Shown in pieces: positions 13,254-24,859 of a DNA stretch of 64,000 nucleotides (positions are counted from its first letter, which is position 1; the number at the start of each line of letters is the position of its first letter). The translations under genes and the position numbers were made by a program. The stretch comes from Podarcis liolepis. Taxonomy: Eukaryota. Location of the stretch: NCBI GenBank assembly GCA_965112155.1, contig OZ218100.1; one strand, 5' to 3'. A model generated the notes under the pieces. The model did no database searches. It saw only the letters and a program-made list of their open reading frames with translations, and was not told the origin of the DNA.

Positions 13254-14126
13254 CTAGAGAAAAAGAGAAAGACACACAGGCGCACATGGCATTATTATTC
13301 AAAGCAGCAACGTTGTTTCTGTCATCTGAGGCTTAGGACTTCGTGTCTCTTTCTGAGTGGTGGGTGAATATTCATACAGAGAAGATGCGATCTATAAAGC
13401 ACAGCTCTGTGCCTTGCCGTAGGGCCTCCAGATTTAATGTGTGTGCCTGCTGTGCAGTGATGGAGTTGAGAGACGGGGGGGGGGGGATAATTTGCTCATG
13501 TGCCATACATGTTATCAAATGCTAAAGCAGCAGAAGAACTGGGGATGTGTAGGGGGAGGAGTTGACACACAGCGCTTCCAGGCTGTCACTCTTTTGGGGT
13601 GGGATTCAATCACATACCACCAGTAAGTTCAGGTTGGGCAACAATAATTGATTTGGAAGGTCTTGCATAACATGCCTGCTTCCCCCAAAGATGGGATTTT
13701 TTGCAGTAAGGAAAGTGATGGGTAAATGCACTGGGAAGTGTGGATCTAGGATAACACTTGCCAGTAACATCATAAACAGGCTGCCTGGAAGTGTCCACAA
13801 GGTAGATGATTGCCAACCATATGAGTAACTCTTTGGCTTCCTGGACATCAGAGTATGATGCATTTAATCAGATGGAGACCACAGAAGCAATATGCTAGTA
13901 CTAAAAATATGGCTAAGATCTGCATCATTAAAACAAAAAAAGCACCATAAGATCTGCTTGTATGCTCACTTATAGCTACCACTAAGCTCACATTAACCTT
14001 GTATCTTTTTGATACTGTACCTGTGCATGCCCATGCAGGGTATGCAAACTGTCAGCCAGCTAGATTTGTGCGACTATAGGGCTGTTTAGGAGGCAATGCA
14101 AGGGCTACCCAAATAAGAAATACCTC

Positions 14127-14692
14127 TGTGATATGCAAGGCACTCTGGTTGGGGGACAATATGGACAATAAATCAATAAAGCAAATCCATCAATATGGCA
14201 GGCAGAAAGATGCCTTTCTCCTCTAGGCTTGATGCCAGAGACATGGCCGGCAGAGAGGAATCTGCAGAGGGGGACGAAGAGGCAGAGGGAAATAGAAACT
14301 TGATTCTTTCACACAACAAAAGTGAGGTAAGCCCTTCTCGCTCTGGAACGCTGCCTGTAAGTTTTTGCAGCAGCGCAGAGATGAAGGAGCAGGATGCAGA
14401 CGGTATGAGGTAGTTGGATTCAACTCCCGAGGAGAAATTGGCTGCACCTGAGTCTCCAAGAAGTAGGAGGCGGAGCAAGCGATTAGAACCAAGGAGGACC
14501 AGCAGGAAGCGAGGGCGGGCCTGGGGTATAGCTGGCCTTGGGAAGGGCAGGAAGCCAGTCAAGTCAACTGACTCCGACAGTGAGGAGTGAGCTGTGGGAA
14601 GCTTGGATTGCTGGAAGCCTGTTATTGCTAATAAACCTCAACTAGTTAAACTGCCAGCGTGTTGTGTCTTGTGTGAGAGAAGTGACCTGACA
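14127..14692 (+). mobile_element. Possible solo LTR in UNC93A intron 5
   Basis: TGTGA...TGACA ends; internal TATA-like ggtatag and AATAAA near the 3' end; TSD not clean. Confidence 0.4.
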
Positions 14693-15254
14693 CTTGACTT
14701 CCAACCCATGGCAATTGCTCCTTGTATCAATGTTTCCCCATTCAGATCCAACGCCCTCTGATCCCTGCAGCACCGAGTGGTTGTCCGCTCCCTCTTTCCC
14801 TCAGCAGGTCACATAAGAACATAACAAGAGCATCATAAGAGCCAAAGGCCCATTTAATCCAGCACCCTGTTCTCACCCTGGCCAACCAGATGCCTATGAG
14901 AAGCCCACAAACAGGACCTGAGTGACAACAGGACCGTTAGAAAGTATTGGAGCCACATGGGATTTATTTGACTTCTGATGGCACATGATTTTCATCAGGT
15001 CTCTCTGGTCCCTTGGTGGACCTACTGGTGTGTTATGTTTGATTCCTGCTCTTCCTGGCTAATGGCATCTAAAACACTTTCTTCACTGACTCCAGAGGCT
15101 TCTTGGGCAGGTTTCAGGTATTCTCAGTAGGGCATCCATCTGTAGTGGGAGTTGGGACTCAAGAGTCCTGAGTGTCCCATGAACATTTCCCCATGTATTC
15201 ATTGAAGAACTCAGGGTAGGTGATGTAACAACCACATTTCGCTCGCGTTCCTAC

Positions 15255-15466
15255 CTTGGTGTAGTCGCCAGCAAGGAATCCTTGTTCAAACCCGCTGTAC
15301 ATGGTCAGGGGAATCAGGAGACACTGGCGTTTATCTTTAAGATGCCGAAATGTTGCCATGAAAGTGAAGCACAAGGAAGGTGTCTCCTTTTTCTCACCCT
15401 CTGCTTGGTCGTCTGTGATCCGATCCAGAAAAATAGCAACTAGCAACACAGCTAGCACCCCACTGC
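15255..15466 (-). CDS. UNC93A: UNC93A coding exon 5 (SGVLAVLLVAIFLD...YSGFEQGFLAGDYTK)
   Basis: Acceptor catccag|, donor AAG|gtagga; 212 nt, phase 1 to 0. Confidence 0.96.
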
Positions 15467-16698
15467 CTGGATGCATTGGAATAAGAACCAAGTCCCAAAG
15501 TGACAAGCAATTCATAGATTTATTCTCAGAGCTCAGTTATGGGTTTAGAATACTCAGTCAATAAGTGTTTTTAAATTCAGCTCTAGAGGCCAAGAGAGTT
15601 TAAATAAAATCAACTGTTTTGACGTCTCTGTCTTCAATATCAGGGCATCCACCATGCACAGCAAACTGCTCTGCTGTGTCATTTGTGCTATGGCAGCTGG
15701 AAAAACCAACTGTGCTGTTGCATAAGACATATTTCTTACCCTTCCAGGTTAGGTCAGAGGTTAAAGAGAGATCAGCATGGGATTGCATCTGTCAACATTG
15801 CCTCTAGATGAATTTGTTTCCTGAGCCTCTGGCTTCAGAATTAGTGACAGTCTTTTCCAAAGCATATGTGAAGAGGGAAATTATACTATGGAACTGGAAT
15901 GTTAGACTTTATTTCATTAACTGAGGCCTGAATCACTCATAGGCCATACAATTTACAATTTACAGCTGAAATGAATATTCATGAATACGCCAAATTTGCT
16001 GAACTTTCCTGTTAAGTTCTGAGCGGGAAAATTCATATTCAAAATCTGAATCAACAATTTGGAAGATGAAATCTTGACCCGAAAAATTAAAATTTGAAGG
16101 CTTTGGAACTGTTAGTATTTTCTGACAGTTATAATTTTGCCTGGGGGCCTCTATCATAACCAGTCTTAGATTTTGCAGATTGAAAGCTGTCAAATACTAA
16201 AAAGCACTGAATATTGTTTATCAAATGCTGTAAGATTTTTTAAGTGAGTTACAAGACAGCGATCAAAAACAGTTAAATTATATTGCATACCATAAAATAC
16301 TGTCAAATACGTATGATATATTACAAATGGTTTTCCAGGAAAAAAAGCACATCAAGGGGTTCTTAGATGATAAAATCAATAATGGCAGACAAAGGTCCAT
16401 GAAATACACTTTGCCCACCACTCCTTTTCTTCCTCTGCAATGACCATCCAAAGTGAAATGTTGGAGATGATCTGGTGCACACCTTCTATGCTATATGTTA
16501 AAGCTTTAACAGCTAACACTTTAACAGTTGTGGCTTTCCACAAAGAATCCTGGGACATGTAGTTCACTTCTGTTTACCTAGGCATTTGATGGCTAAAATA
16601 CATTCTTCCTGGCACACCTGAGATAACTGTTCTTAGGTGATATCAACTGAAATCGCAAGCAAACAGCAAACAAACAAATGGTGTCTGGAAGCACCTAC

Positions 16699-16827
16699 CT
16701 GTGTAGATTCCCAGCAGAGTGTAGATTAAGGTTTCGTGTGGTTTTTTTTGAGCCACAGTGCTGTTTGTAGCATTTACTCCCGTGCAATGTTCTGCACCAC
16801 AGCACAGATCTGCGTCTGAGTGTTCCA
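16699..16827 (-). CDS. UNC93A: UNC93A coding exon 4 (VEHSDADLCCGAEHCTGVNATNSTVAQKKPHETLIYTLLGIYTG)
   Basis: Pyrimidine tract plus cctag|, donor |gtaggt; 129 nt, phase 1 to 1; CGA..C and LIYTLLGIYTG motifs. Confidence 0.94.
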
Positions 16828-17678
16828 CTAGGCCATAGGAAAAAGAAAAGAGCAGTGGTTGTTAGTGGTCAAAATCAAGACCATAATTTCAAGCATACAT
16901 CCACAATGGATTTCAAGCTGTGTTCCAAAAAACCCTGAGGTAGGTACTTCAAAATCTGATCGAGGTTCTCATCACCAATGAAATCAATAATGGTGGACAG
17001 GCTGCTTGAGAGGCAATAGTGGAACATGTCCAGGAATCCTTTGCAACACACAGAAATGCCATAGCCAATTGACAGGGTTCCTTTAGTGGACAAATCCGTG
17101 TGGAAGCAGCTGCTTGAGCAGCAGGGCATTTGATGTGCTCCATCAATGCATAGCTGGTCACCGTTGTGCCCTCTGCACTTCAAAGATCAGGACCATCTAA
17201 ATTGCCCTTTCTGGTCCTATAAGTTCTGACAGTGCCGTAGGGAGCTCACTTGGACTGGCATGAACAACAGTGTAAAAGCCAGATATACAGCTTCAAAGAA
17301 TGCTGCTTCTGTTCATTAAGCTTTGCTATTTCATATAGTATTGGTATTTCGCAGTTTCAAAGTAACCGTGCCTTTGAGCCATGATCAAATGTTTTGATCC
17401 CTTGCCAGTCTTCAAGGACGTTACCAGCATTTTCTAATCTCCTAGCAGTAACTTTTGGTTTGGTCAGCCAGTGGAGTTTTATCCCCTTAAACTAGCTTAA
17501 GACTGCAGTTGTGGGACAGGCTCCCCCCCCCCTATATAGTTCCGGTGGCATTTAGCCCTAATCTGTCCCTTGAGGCAGCCTGCTTTTATTGTTATCCCTG
17601 GATTTGCTTTTAACTGGCCTACTCCACCTGGCCTGAGTTAACAACCACTGCCCATTTAATCCTTTAACTCCTGTGCTG

Positions 17679-17679
<1 letters not shown>

Positions 17680-17716
<37 letters not shown>
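17680..17716. repeat. (AC)n microsatellite
   Basis: Direct reading. Confidence 0.97.
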
Positions 17717-17719
<3 letters not shown>

Positions 17720-17727
17720 GACAAACC

Positions 17728-17895
17728 CATAGACTGAATCATTAGAAGACCTAGAATATCAAGTTGGAAGGGACCGAAACGTCCTGAAATGCAGGAATCT
17801 CAACTAAAGCATCCATGACAGGTGGCCATCCAACCTCTGCTTAAAGACCTCCAAGGAAGGAGAGTCCACCACCATCCGAAGGAGTCCATTCCACT
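17728..17895 (-). mobile_element. CR1 LINE 3' fragment
   Basis: ccatccaacctctgcttaaagacctccaaggaaggagagtccaccac is similar to the reverse complement of the CR1 3' end at ~46690-46745. Confidence 0.75.
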
Positions 17896-18649
17896 AGACC
17901 TCTTCCCAATGCTCTAGGAAGTTGTCCACAGGAACTGCAAACTGGGCACCCATGCCAATAAGAAAACAATCCTTTAACTGGGTTTAATAGTTTAGATCCT
18001 CAGATAGTTGAACAGGAGGTATTTTCCTGCCCTCCCTCCCCTGCAGCCACACTGAGGGGTGGTGGTGGTATCAGAATGCCCTCCAGAGTGATGTAGCTAG
18101 GTTATGCGGGCTGCTGGAAGAGGGGAGAATCACGCTAGGCTTTGGTTATTCCATTATCCTTAAAATTGCATCTATACTACTGTATCTGATACAGTATCAC
18201 ACTTTTTTTAAAAAATGATGAAAAAGTGGTTTTATTTATCAGTAGCACTTCCAAAGGCAGATATAGGCAAGGAGGTAGTACCCTGTGGTAATATCATAAA
18301 AATGTAAGGCTGTCATCGCATAGCCCTCATTGGATGTGCGAGAGGAGGAAGATGCCAGAGGTTACCAGGAGGGTGGTTTGTGCGTAAGGGCAGGGTGCAC
18401 AAATGGAAGAGGTAGGATGCAAGGACATGGGAGCGAAGGGGAGAGCAGGTGCAAAGCAGGACTGTAGAACAGAAGAGAGAAGCAGCTTCAGAAATGGGGC
18501 TGGGAGGGTGAGAGTTCAGCAGTGGCATGGGGTGGGGTGGGCAAGCTCTAGGTGGGGTTCGTATGGGGGGGGGAATGGCAGGGGAGCTGACAAGTGGTGT
18601 AAGCAGGGACACAGCCCCTAGGGTGTGTTTGTGTGTATGTAATATTTAC

Positions 18650-18879
18650 CTTGGTTGGGAGTCTGCTCAAATACAAGGGATGATATAAGATTCCCCCATA
18701 CTCCAGAGGACTGGAATATCAGAAAGAATATTCCAAAGTACTGGTTGACAATATCTTTCCCAACTTTCCCTGCTTTCCGAGCATATGAGTTTCCAGCGAT
18801 GGTGAGATATGTGCACTTGGCTGACCAGAGTGGTGCTCCTCCCAGCCCCAAGATCATCGATGTGGGGATCAGTGTGTAC
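18650..18879 (-). CDS. UNC93A: UNC93A coding exon 3 (YTLIPTSMILGLGGAPLWSAKCTYLT...GVWGNLISSLVFEQTPNQ)
   Basis: Acceptor ttttttgcag|, donor |gtaaat; 230 nt; lies in ORF 18618..18893. Confidence 0.97.
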
Positions 18880-20066
18880 CTGCAAAAAACCACGTTGTTT
18901 AGATATCTCTTTTACGCTGCTAGCATTCTTGAAAGAAAGGCCAAAGACAGCTTGTTACATCATTAAATTCAAGATGAATTGCTCAAATGTTTACCCCTAT
19001 ACTATAAGGAGACGTATTCATGTGATATAAGAGCCGTAAGGAGCTAGATTGTATTGAAGGTTTGCTGTTAACTCCCTGCTTATCTTATTTTAAGCAATAT
19101 TCAGAATTCATGTTTGTCTAATACATGATAGATGGAGACCTCAATATGCATTGGACTTTTCACCAGGAAGTTTTCCCCCAGGTCTAGGAGTCTGGGCATA
19201 ATTGTGTATCAGGTTCATTTCAAGTTAAGTGGGGTTGGAGGGTTGAAATAAGCTCATTCAGCTCTCAACAGAGTGATTTGAAAACCACAACATTAAAGCT
19301 GTGCTCATATACCCAATGGAACCATTCAGCACATCTCTGCTAAAAGGGCTGGGTCAGCTTTGGGATTCTTTGGAGCAAGAGGAACACCATTCTCCAGCCT
19401 TCTCTCTGTGTGTCTCATTATAATGGACTCTAGTCCAGATTAGGGGTGGTATCAATTCTGACCACAAAACAGTCATAAAGAAGCCTACTGGAAAGAGCTG
19501 TTTCTCTTCCTTATGTGGATGCATATTTTGGAGGCCAGTTTGTATTGGATGGTCACAGGGAAGCTCTTGCAAATGGAAACAGTGGCTGCGTGGCAATGGC
19601 CCACTCCCTAGTGGCAGCCATAATGTGGACCGTGGCTCACTCTGCGGCTCGCTCACATTGCGTTATGGGATATTTCCACACCACTGTGAGATATTGCTGG
19701 CAGGGACCCAGAAACCACCCACATTATAGAAGCTGCTTTACATATTACAGCAGGTTGGGGGACCTGTGGCCACCCAGATGTTGCCGGACAACAGCACCTG
19801 CCATCCTTGATGATCGACCGTGCCAGCTGGAACTGACAAGTATTGGAGTCCATCAACATCTGGAGGGCTGAGGGCCCCCACCTCTGTATTGCAGTCACCA
19901 CAAAGAATTAAGATATGAAGATTTTCTGCTCATATAATCCCCCTCGCCCAACTTGGTTTTCAGCCTTGCAGTGATGCCACAGTCATTCTATGGACAAAAG
20001 TCTGGCTGCTGATGGAAGTAGACCACAGTCCCACAGATCTCATCAGAAGTAGGCTAGCAGCATTAC

Positions 20067-20248
20067 CAGCTGGCGTAGAAGTTCCCCAAAGAGTATGTGA
20101 TATAGCAGCACATGGAGCCCACAATGGTCCACTTGCACCCAAGCTTCTTAATGAGGATCGGTGGGAGAAACATGGAGGAGAGGATAAGGGCTGCATAGAC
20201 AACACTCAGAGAGGCAACGCCCAGGCCTTCTTGAGAGTGGAGGCTGCT
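20067..20248 (-). CDS. UNC93A: UNC93A coding exon 2 (SSLHSQEGLGVASLSVVYAALILSSMFLPPILIKKLGCKWTIVGSMCCYITYSLGNFYASW)
   Basis: Acceptor ctctatag|, donor |gtaatg; 182 nt, phase 0 to 2. Confidence 0.96.
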
Positions 20249-20544
20249 CTATAGAGACAAAATGAAATGGAATCAAAAGCTTTGCAATAAATAAGGGGAC
20301 TTTGACTGGCCGGGGTGGGTGGGAGAGAGAGAAGTCAGCAAGTCCTTAAGACAAGGACTTAAGTGGAGCATTTGGAAGCACAAACACTGCAAAGGACTAA
20401 GGATAATATGGAGAGCAAGAGAGACATGAATGACACCTTGAGCTCATTGGAGGAAGAAGGGTCAGAAATAAATGCAACAACAACAACAACACAAAATATG
20501 AAAATAAGTTAAAAACCATTTTTAGAACAAATGTCCAACGAGGA

Positions 20545-20785
20545 CATGACAGAAGTCTATAGATTGATGCATGGTGTCAAAGAAGTTGATAGGAGGGAGA
20601 AAGGTTTCTCCTTCTCTCATTATATCAGACTCTTCTAGCTCCGATTGGTAGGAGGTTCAGGGGAGACAAAAGAAATGAATAATTTGATAATGCAATTCAC
20701 TTATAGAAGGAGTGATGGCCACTAGCTTAAAAGAGAACTAGGCAAAATCATGGGAGCATTGTCTCCCAACAGCTATTAGCCATGA
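20545..20785 (+). mobile_element. Old CR1 3' fragment
   Basis: gacatgacagaagtctatagattgatgcatgg...ggttcaggggagacaaaag; degenerate CR1 ORF2 end. Confidence 0.6.
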
Positions 20786-21057
20786 TGATGATGTTGAACT
20801 TTCATGTTCAAAGACCACATGCCACTAAGAAGAAACAGTGGAAGAGGGCTGTTGACTTCCAAAGGTCTCTATGGTGCTAGACTAGACAGACCCTTAACCT
20901 GATCCAGAAGTTTGTGTGATCTCTAGGGATTTCTCTTCTGTTATGGAAGACCCATGCTACCTTTCACTGGGCTAGCATCCCTGTTGCATTATATCCCCAC
21001 AGATCGTCTTCAAAGATACCCCCTTAAAATGTACACTCCACGACAAGGTCCACCTAC

Positions 21058-21144
21058 CTGCAAGCTCTGGAGCCCTCCATAAGCAGTAAATAGAAACAAG
21101 AATCCAACCGAAACCAGAATAATATTCTTCAGATGCTTCTCCAT
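21058..21144 (-). CDS. UNC93A: UNC93A coding exon 1 (MEKHLKNIILVSVGFLFLFTAYGGLQSLQ)
   Basis: ATG at 21144 in AAAATGG context; 87 nt; donor CAG|GTAGG; conserved FTAYGGLQSLQ motif. Confidence 0.95.
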
Positions 21145-22145
21145 TTTTGGGTCCCACAAGATTTGTTTATTGCAAGGTTTTAGGTGTTCACTGAATCATT
21201 CCAGATGAGGAGTCCAGGGAAGGGGGAGAAATGACAGCCAAGCAACAACTTTGCTTCTCCTGTAATGCAAAAATGTCAAGTCAACCATCTGGGCTAAAGC
21301 CAATGAACTTTACCTTCTCCAGCATTGAAAATACTTCAAGAACTTGTTACTTATTCACTTGTTAGACGAAAAGGGTTTTAAAGATGACTTGATTATTTGC
21401 ATAATTTGTGCCCTTTAACACCCAGTTACAAAGTGTGTTCAATAGCAATAGCGTTTTTCATATTGCTCTTTCGCAACGTAACAGTGCGAAGAGCTGGCAC
21501 AGAGGAATGAATGCCTTTTGAATAGCATGTGGGTGGGATACAGTTACAGGTTAGCCGTAAAGGGAAGTGACTGAAAGGTCACTTGGAAGGCCTGATTGCT
21601 TAATTGCTTACAAGGGAGGTATCGTGCCTGTTATTAATCCAGAATCTTAATATGACAGGGTAACAGGGCACTGTCATTCCTTCTGGGCAACAACCACTGC
21701 AGATTCACTGCATGCAAAAATAAGGATAGTCCATGAAATCATAATCTATCTCCCTCTTCTGCAACTAGGGGCAGGCCAGTTTCAATTCCTCACTGTTTCT
21801 CACTTTTCCAATCTTAAATTCAGTTCTCCACTTTTCCAGATCAGTTTGAGATTATTATTATTTTTTAAAAATAAAAACTCTCATGAAAATCCATCGGCAT
21901 TTTAGTACAAATTTCTTCCAGTGCACAGTTTTGCTAAGCATGTACTATGCATGTTTGTATGTTGTTTTCACTAATATATGTGTTTTATACGCACTATGCC
22001 CTAGTATGTGCATTTTTGTACATAATACTTGGCTGGAGAAAGACACTGCAAAATTTTGAGAAGTGTGATTTTTGAAGGATGCCTGTATTTTATTTCCCAT
22101 ATTGTTTTGAAAAATGCAAATTAGATTAGTTTTTCTTTAAACGTG

Positions 22146-22730
22146 GCCCACTCTGGAAGAATGGCAGACGCAACTGATAGACTACATGGATTTGGCAGAA
22201 ATGACTGGCAGAATCCGAGACCTGGGAGAAGAGATAGTGGAAGAGGACTGGAAAAAGTTTAAGGACTATCTACAAAAATATTGTAAACTGTATGAATGTT
22301 AAGAGGATGCAGGACAGAAAACAACATAGCATCAGCAACCTAGTTGAAAGAAATATGAGAATAAGTGATGTTTAAGAACAAAGATGAAATTTGGACTAAT
22401 ATTATGTCTAAATTAAATATCTAAGTATTTGATAAAAATATCTAAAGTTGGAGATATAATAGTTGAAAATTACAAAATAAGAGCTGAAATAAGGTGATAA
22501 ATTGCTGCTTATAATTTTATAATTGGGAATGCAGGAAAGGGAGATGTGAGGAAGTCCGAAAGGTTATGGAAATATGGTTTTTGGACATTTGATTCTGTTG
22601 TATTTTTTCTATTCTGTGTTAATCTTTTTGCTTTTTTCTTTCTCTTTTTGTTTGTTTTATCTTGGTGATGGTATTTTATGTGTTTGGTGATTTACTGTTT
22701 AAAACCTTTAATAAATATCTTTTAAAAAAA
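22146..22730 (+). mobile_element. 5'-truncated L1 LINE with 18-bp TSD
   Basis: ORF2 C-terminus EWQTQLIDYMDLAEMTGRIRD...EDWKKFKDYL; 3'UTR, AATAAA and A-tail; perfect TSD agtttttctttaaacgtg at 22128-45 and 22731-48. Confidence 0.88.
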
Positions 22731-23073
22731 AGTTTTTCTTTAAACGTGAACTGGATGAAAATTATTCCCTGTTTTTTTTGGGGGGGAGCCATGTGCTTTC
22801 AATGTATGGCACATGTGTGTGTGAAAGTTATTCATTGGGAAGAGCCCCACCTGCTCCAGTGCCATGCCCTCCATTTTTGGTGTTTAGACTACAGCTGCTG
22901 CTGCTGCTTATTTAGCCAAAATGACACACCACACACACACTACCACACACACACACACACACATGGTATTTGCAGGCTGGGGGGGGGGGAATTTTGAGCC
23001 CTGCAGAAGTACAAAAAAAATATTTAGAGAGAAACAACCCAAAGGGGGGAACCCCCCCAACAGCCCACTAGAG

Positions 23074-23203
23074 CAGGCATAGGCAAACTCGGCCCTCCAG
23101 ATGATTTGGGACCAGAACCCCCATCATCCCTAGCTAAGAGGACCAGTGGTCAGGGATGATGGGAGTTGTAGTCCCAAAACATCTGGAGGGTTGAGTTTGC
23201 CTG
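23074..23203. mobile_element. Palindromic MITE (hAT-like)
   Basis: Whole element self-complementary: ggcaaactcggccctccagatg...catctggagggttgagtttgcc. Confidence 0.8.
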
Positions 23204-23406
23204 TAGAGACTGTATGCTCATTGGCTTTGGAATGCTGACTGTTGGGGGTCCAGCAGGGCAGATGAAAGATTGGTGGGGAGGGAAAATGGAATGGAGGGGC
23301 TGGAAACCTGACAAGGAAGTGCTGTACCCCACACTGCAACATTTTGTTGTAGGCTCTACTTGTTCATAGATTTAACTATTCCATTGTATCTTTCAATCTT
23401 CTAAAG

Positions 23407-23656
23407 CAGGTGTAGGCAACCTACGGCCCGTGGGCCGAATGCGGCCCAATCGCTTTCCCTGTCCGACCCACGGTCGGTCCGAGAATCAGCATGTTTTTAC
23501 ATGAGTAGAATGTGTGCTTTTATTTAAATGCATCTCTGGGTTATTTGTGGGGCATAGGAATTTATTCTTTTTTTCCTTTCAAAATATAGTCCAGCCCCTC
23601 ACATGGTCTGAGGGACGGTGGACCGGCCCACGGCTGAAAAAGGTTGCTGGCCCCTG
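23407..23656. mobile_element. hAT (Charlie-like) MITE
   Basis: TIR caggtgtaggcaacct / aggttgctggcccctg; TSD ttctaaag / gtctaaag. Confidence 0.8.
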
Positions 23657-23733
23657 GTCTAAAGGAACAGTGTTTGTAAACAGTGGCACCAAAAAGTCTA
23701 TGAAATGGAAGGAATAGCAGTCCTGCCCACTTT

Positions 23734-23840
23734 ATGCATTGGATAAAGTGGCCCCAAGCCCACAAACAACTATGCTGCAATAAATTGACTAAGTGTTTAA
23801 AGTGCCGCAGGACTTTTGGTTGCTTTTGCAGCAACAGACT
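23734..23840 (+). mobile_element. Degenerate Penelope-like (pLTR) fragment
   Basis: tatgctgcaataaattgactaagtgtttaaagtgccgcaggacttttggttgcttttgcagcaacagact resembles the reptile Penelope terminus as I recall it. Confidence 0.55.
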
Positions 23841-24477
23841 GGCAGGAATTTCCTATACAGGGTGGAATCTCCTTGGGGAATACTAAGCAGCCAATGAAAT
23901 AGCCACTAGAGGGCAGCACGGTGTTGATTTTCAGCAATGTAGGCGGAATGGTAAAGAAAATCAGCCTTCGCTCCAATATTTGAGCTTCCAAGATGAGGCA
24001 GGACTCCGGAGTTTCCTTTGGTTGCAACTACACTGTCCAAACAGGCAAAAAACAGCTTTCCAACCAGAGGATATCCTGTTAATACATCGTTAAAGTGACT
24101 TGACATGTTCTTGCTCCCTTCTCCCATTCAACAGCTGCTGCTTTGAGAGAGTGGGCAATGAACTCAATGACACCACGACAGCCCAAATGTTACTCGAGAG
24201 ATGTGTGTGCGGGAAATGCAGGCTGGTGGCAGCCACATGTTGGAGGGCTTAAAAAAAAAAAAGGATTAGGCAGGTTTGTGGAGGGTAAGACTATTGATGG
24301 CCACTAGCCATGACAGCAGTGCTCTGATTCTGTACTTCTGAGTACCAGTTGCTGGAAGCTGCAGGAAGAGAGTGTGGTTTTGTGCTCACGTCCTGCTTGT
24401 AGGCTTCTCGCAAGCATGTCATTGGCCACTGTGAGAACAGGATGCTGGGATAGATGGGCTTATGTCTCCTGAAGTTA

Positions 24478-24615
24478 AAAGGTAAAGGGAACCCCTGACC
24501 ATTAGGTCCAGTTGTGGCCGACTCTGGGGTTGCGGTGCTCATCTCGCTTTATTGGCCGAGGGAGCCGGCGTACAGCTTCCGGGTCATGTGGCCAGCATGA
24601 CTAAGCTGCTTCTGG
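24478..24615 (-). mobile_element. Sauria SINE, 3' part only
   Basis: Reverse complement of the 3' portion of the 26282 copy. Confidence 0.9.
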
Positions 24616-24859
24616 TCCTACCTAAATCTGCTTTGTCAGGGATAGGCACCCTCAGACCTGGGAGCCAAATGCAGTCCTTCAGAACTCTTGGCCTAGCTGT
24701 GGGGACTTTGCCAGCAGCCTGGCCACACCCCTCACTGGCCCTCCTCTGGCCCTTTTCTCATGATTTGGTCTGTATGGCATGTGCGCTTGAACCATGGCAA
24801 TATCTCTTGCTTGCCTGGATGAAGAATATGGAGTCTGGTGTAAGTCTGACTACACCACT

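Larger units (their letters stand above)
4992..21144 (-). other. UNC93A: UNC93A gene, coding span (unc-93 homolog A, MFS-like membrane protein; 8 coding exons, 461 aa)
   Basis: Eight exons of 87/182/230/129/212/136/132/278 nt splice by GT-AG into one open frame from MEKHLKNIILVSVGFLFLFTAYGGLQSLQ to ...EKDPQTHL*. Motifs and exon layout match vertebrate UNC93A as I recall it. Confidence 0.97.

Noticed and set aside
14173-14562. 129-aa and 72-aa ORFs in intron 5
   Set aside because: No recognisable homology; within a probable repeat; not needed for the UNC93A frame.
16875-17183. 102-aa sense ORF in UNC93A intron 3
   Set aside because: No recognisable domain and no convincing splice boundaries.
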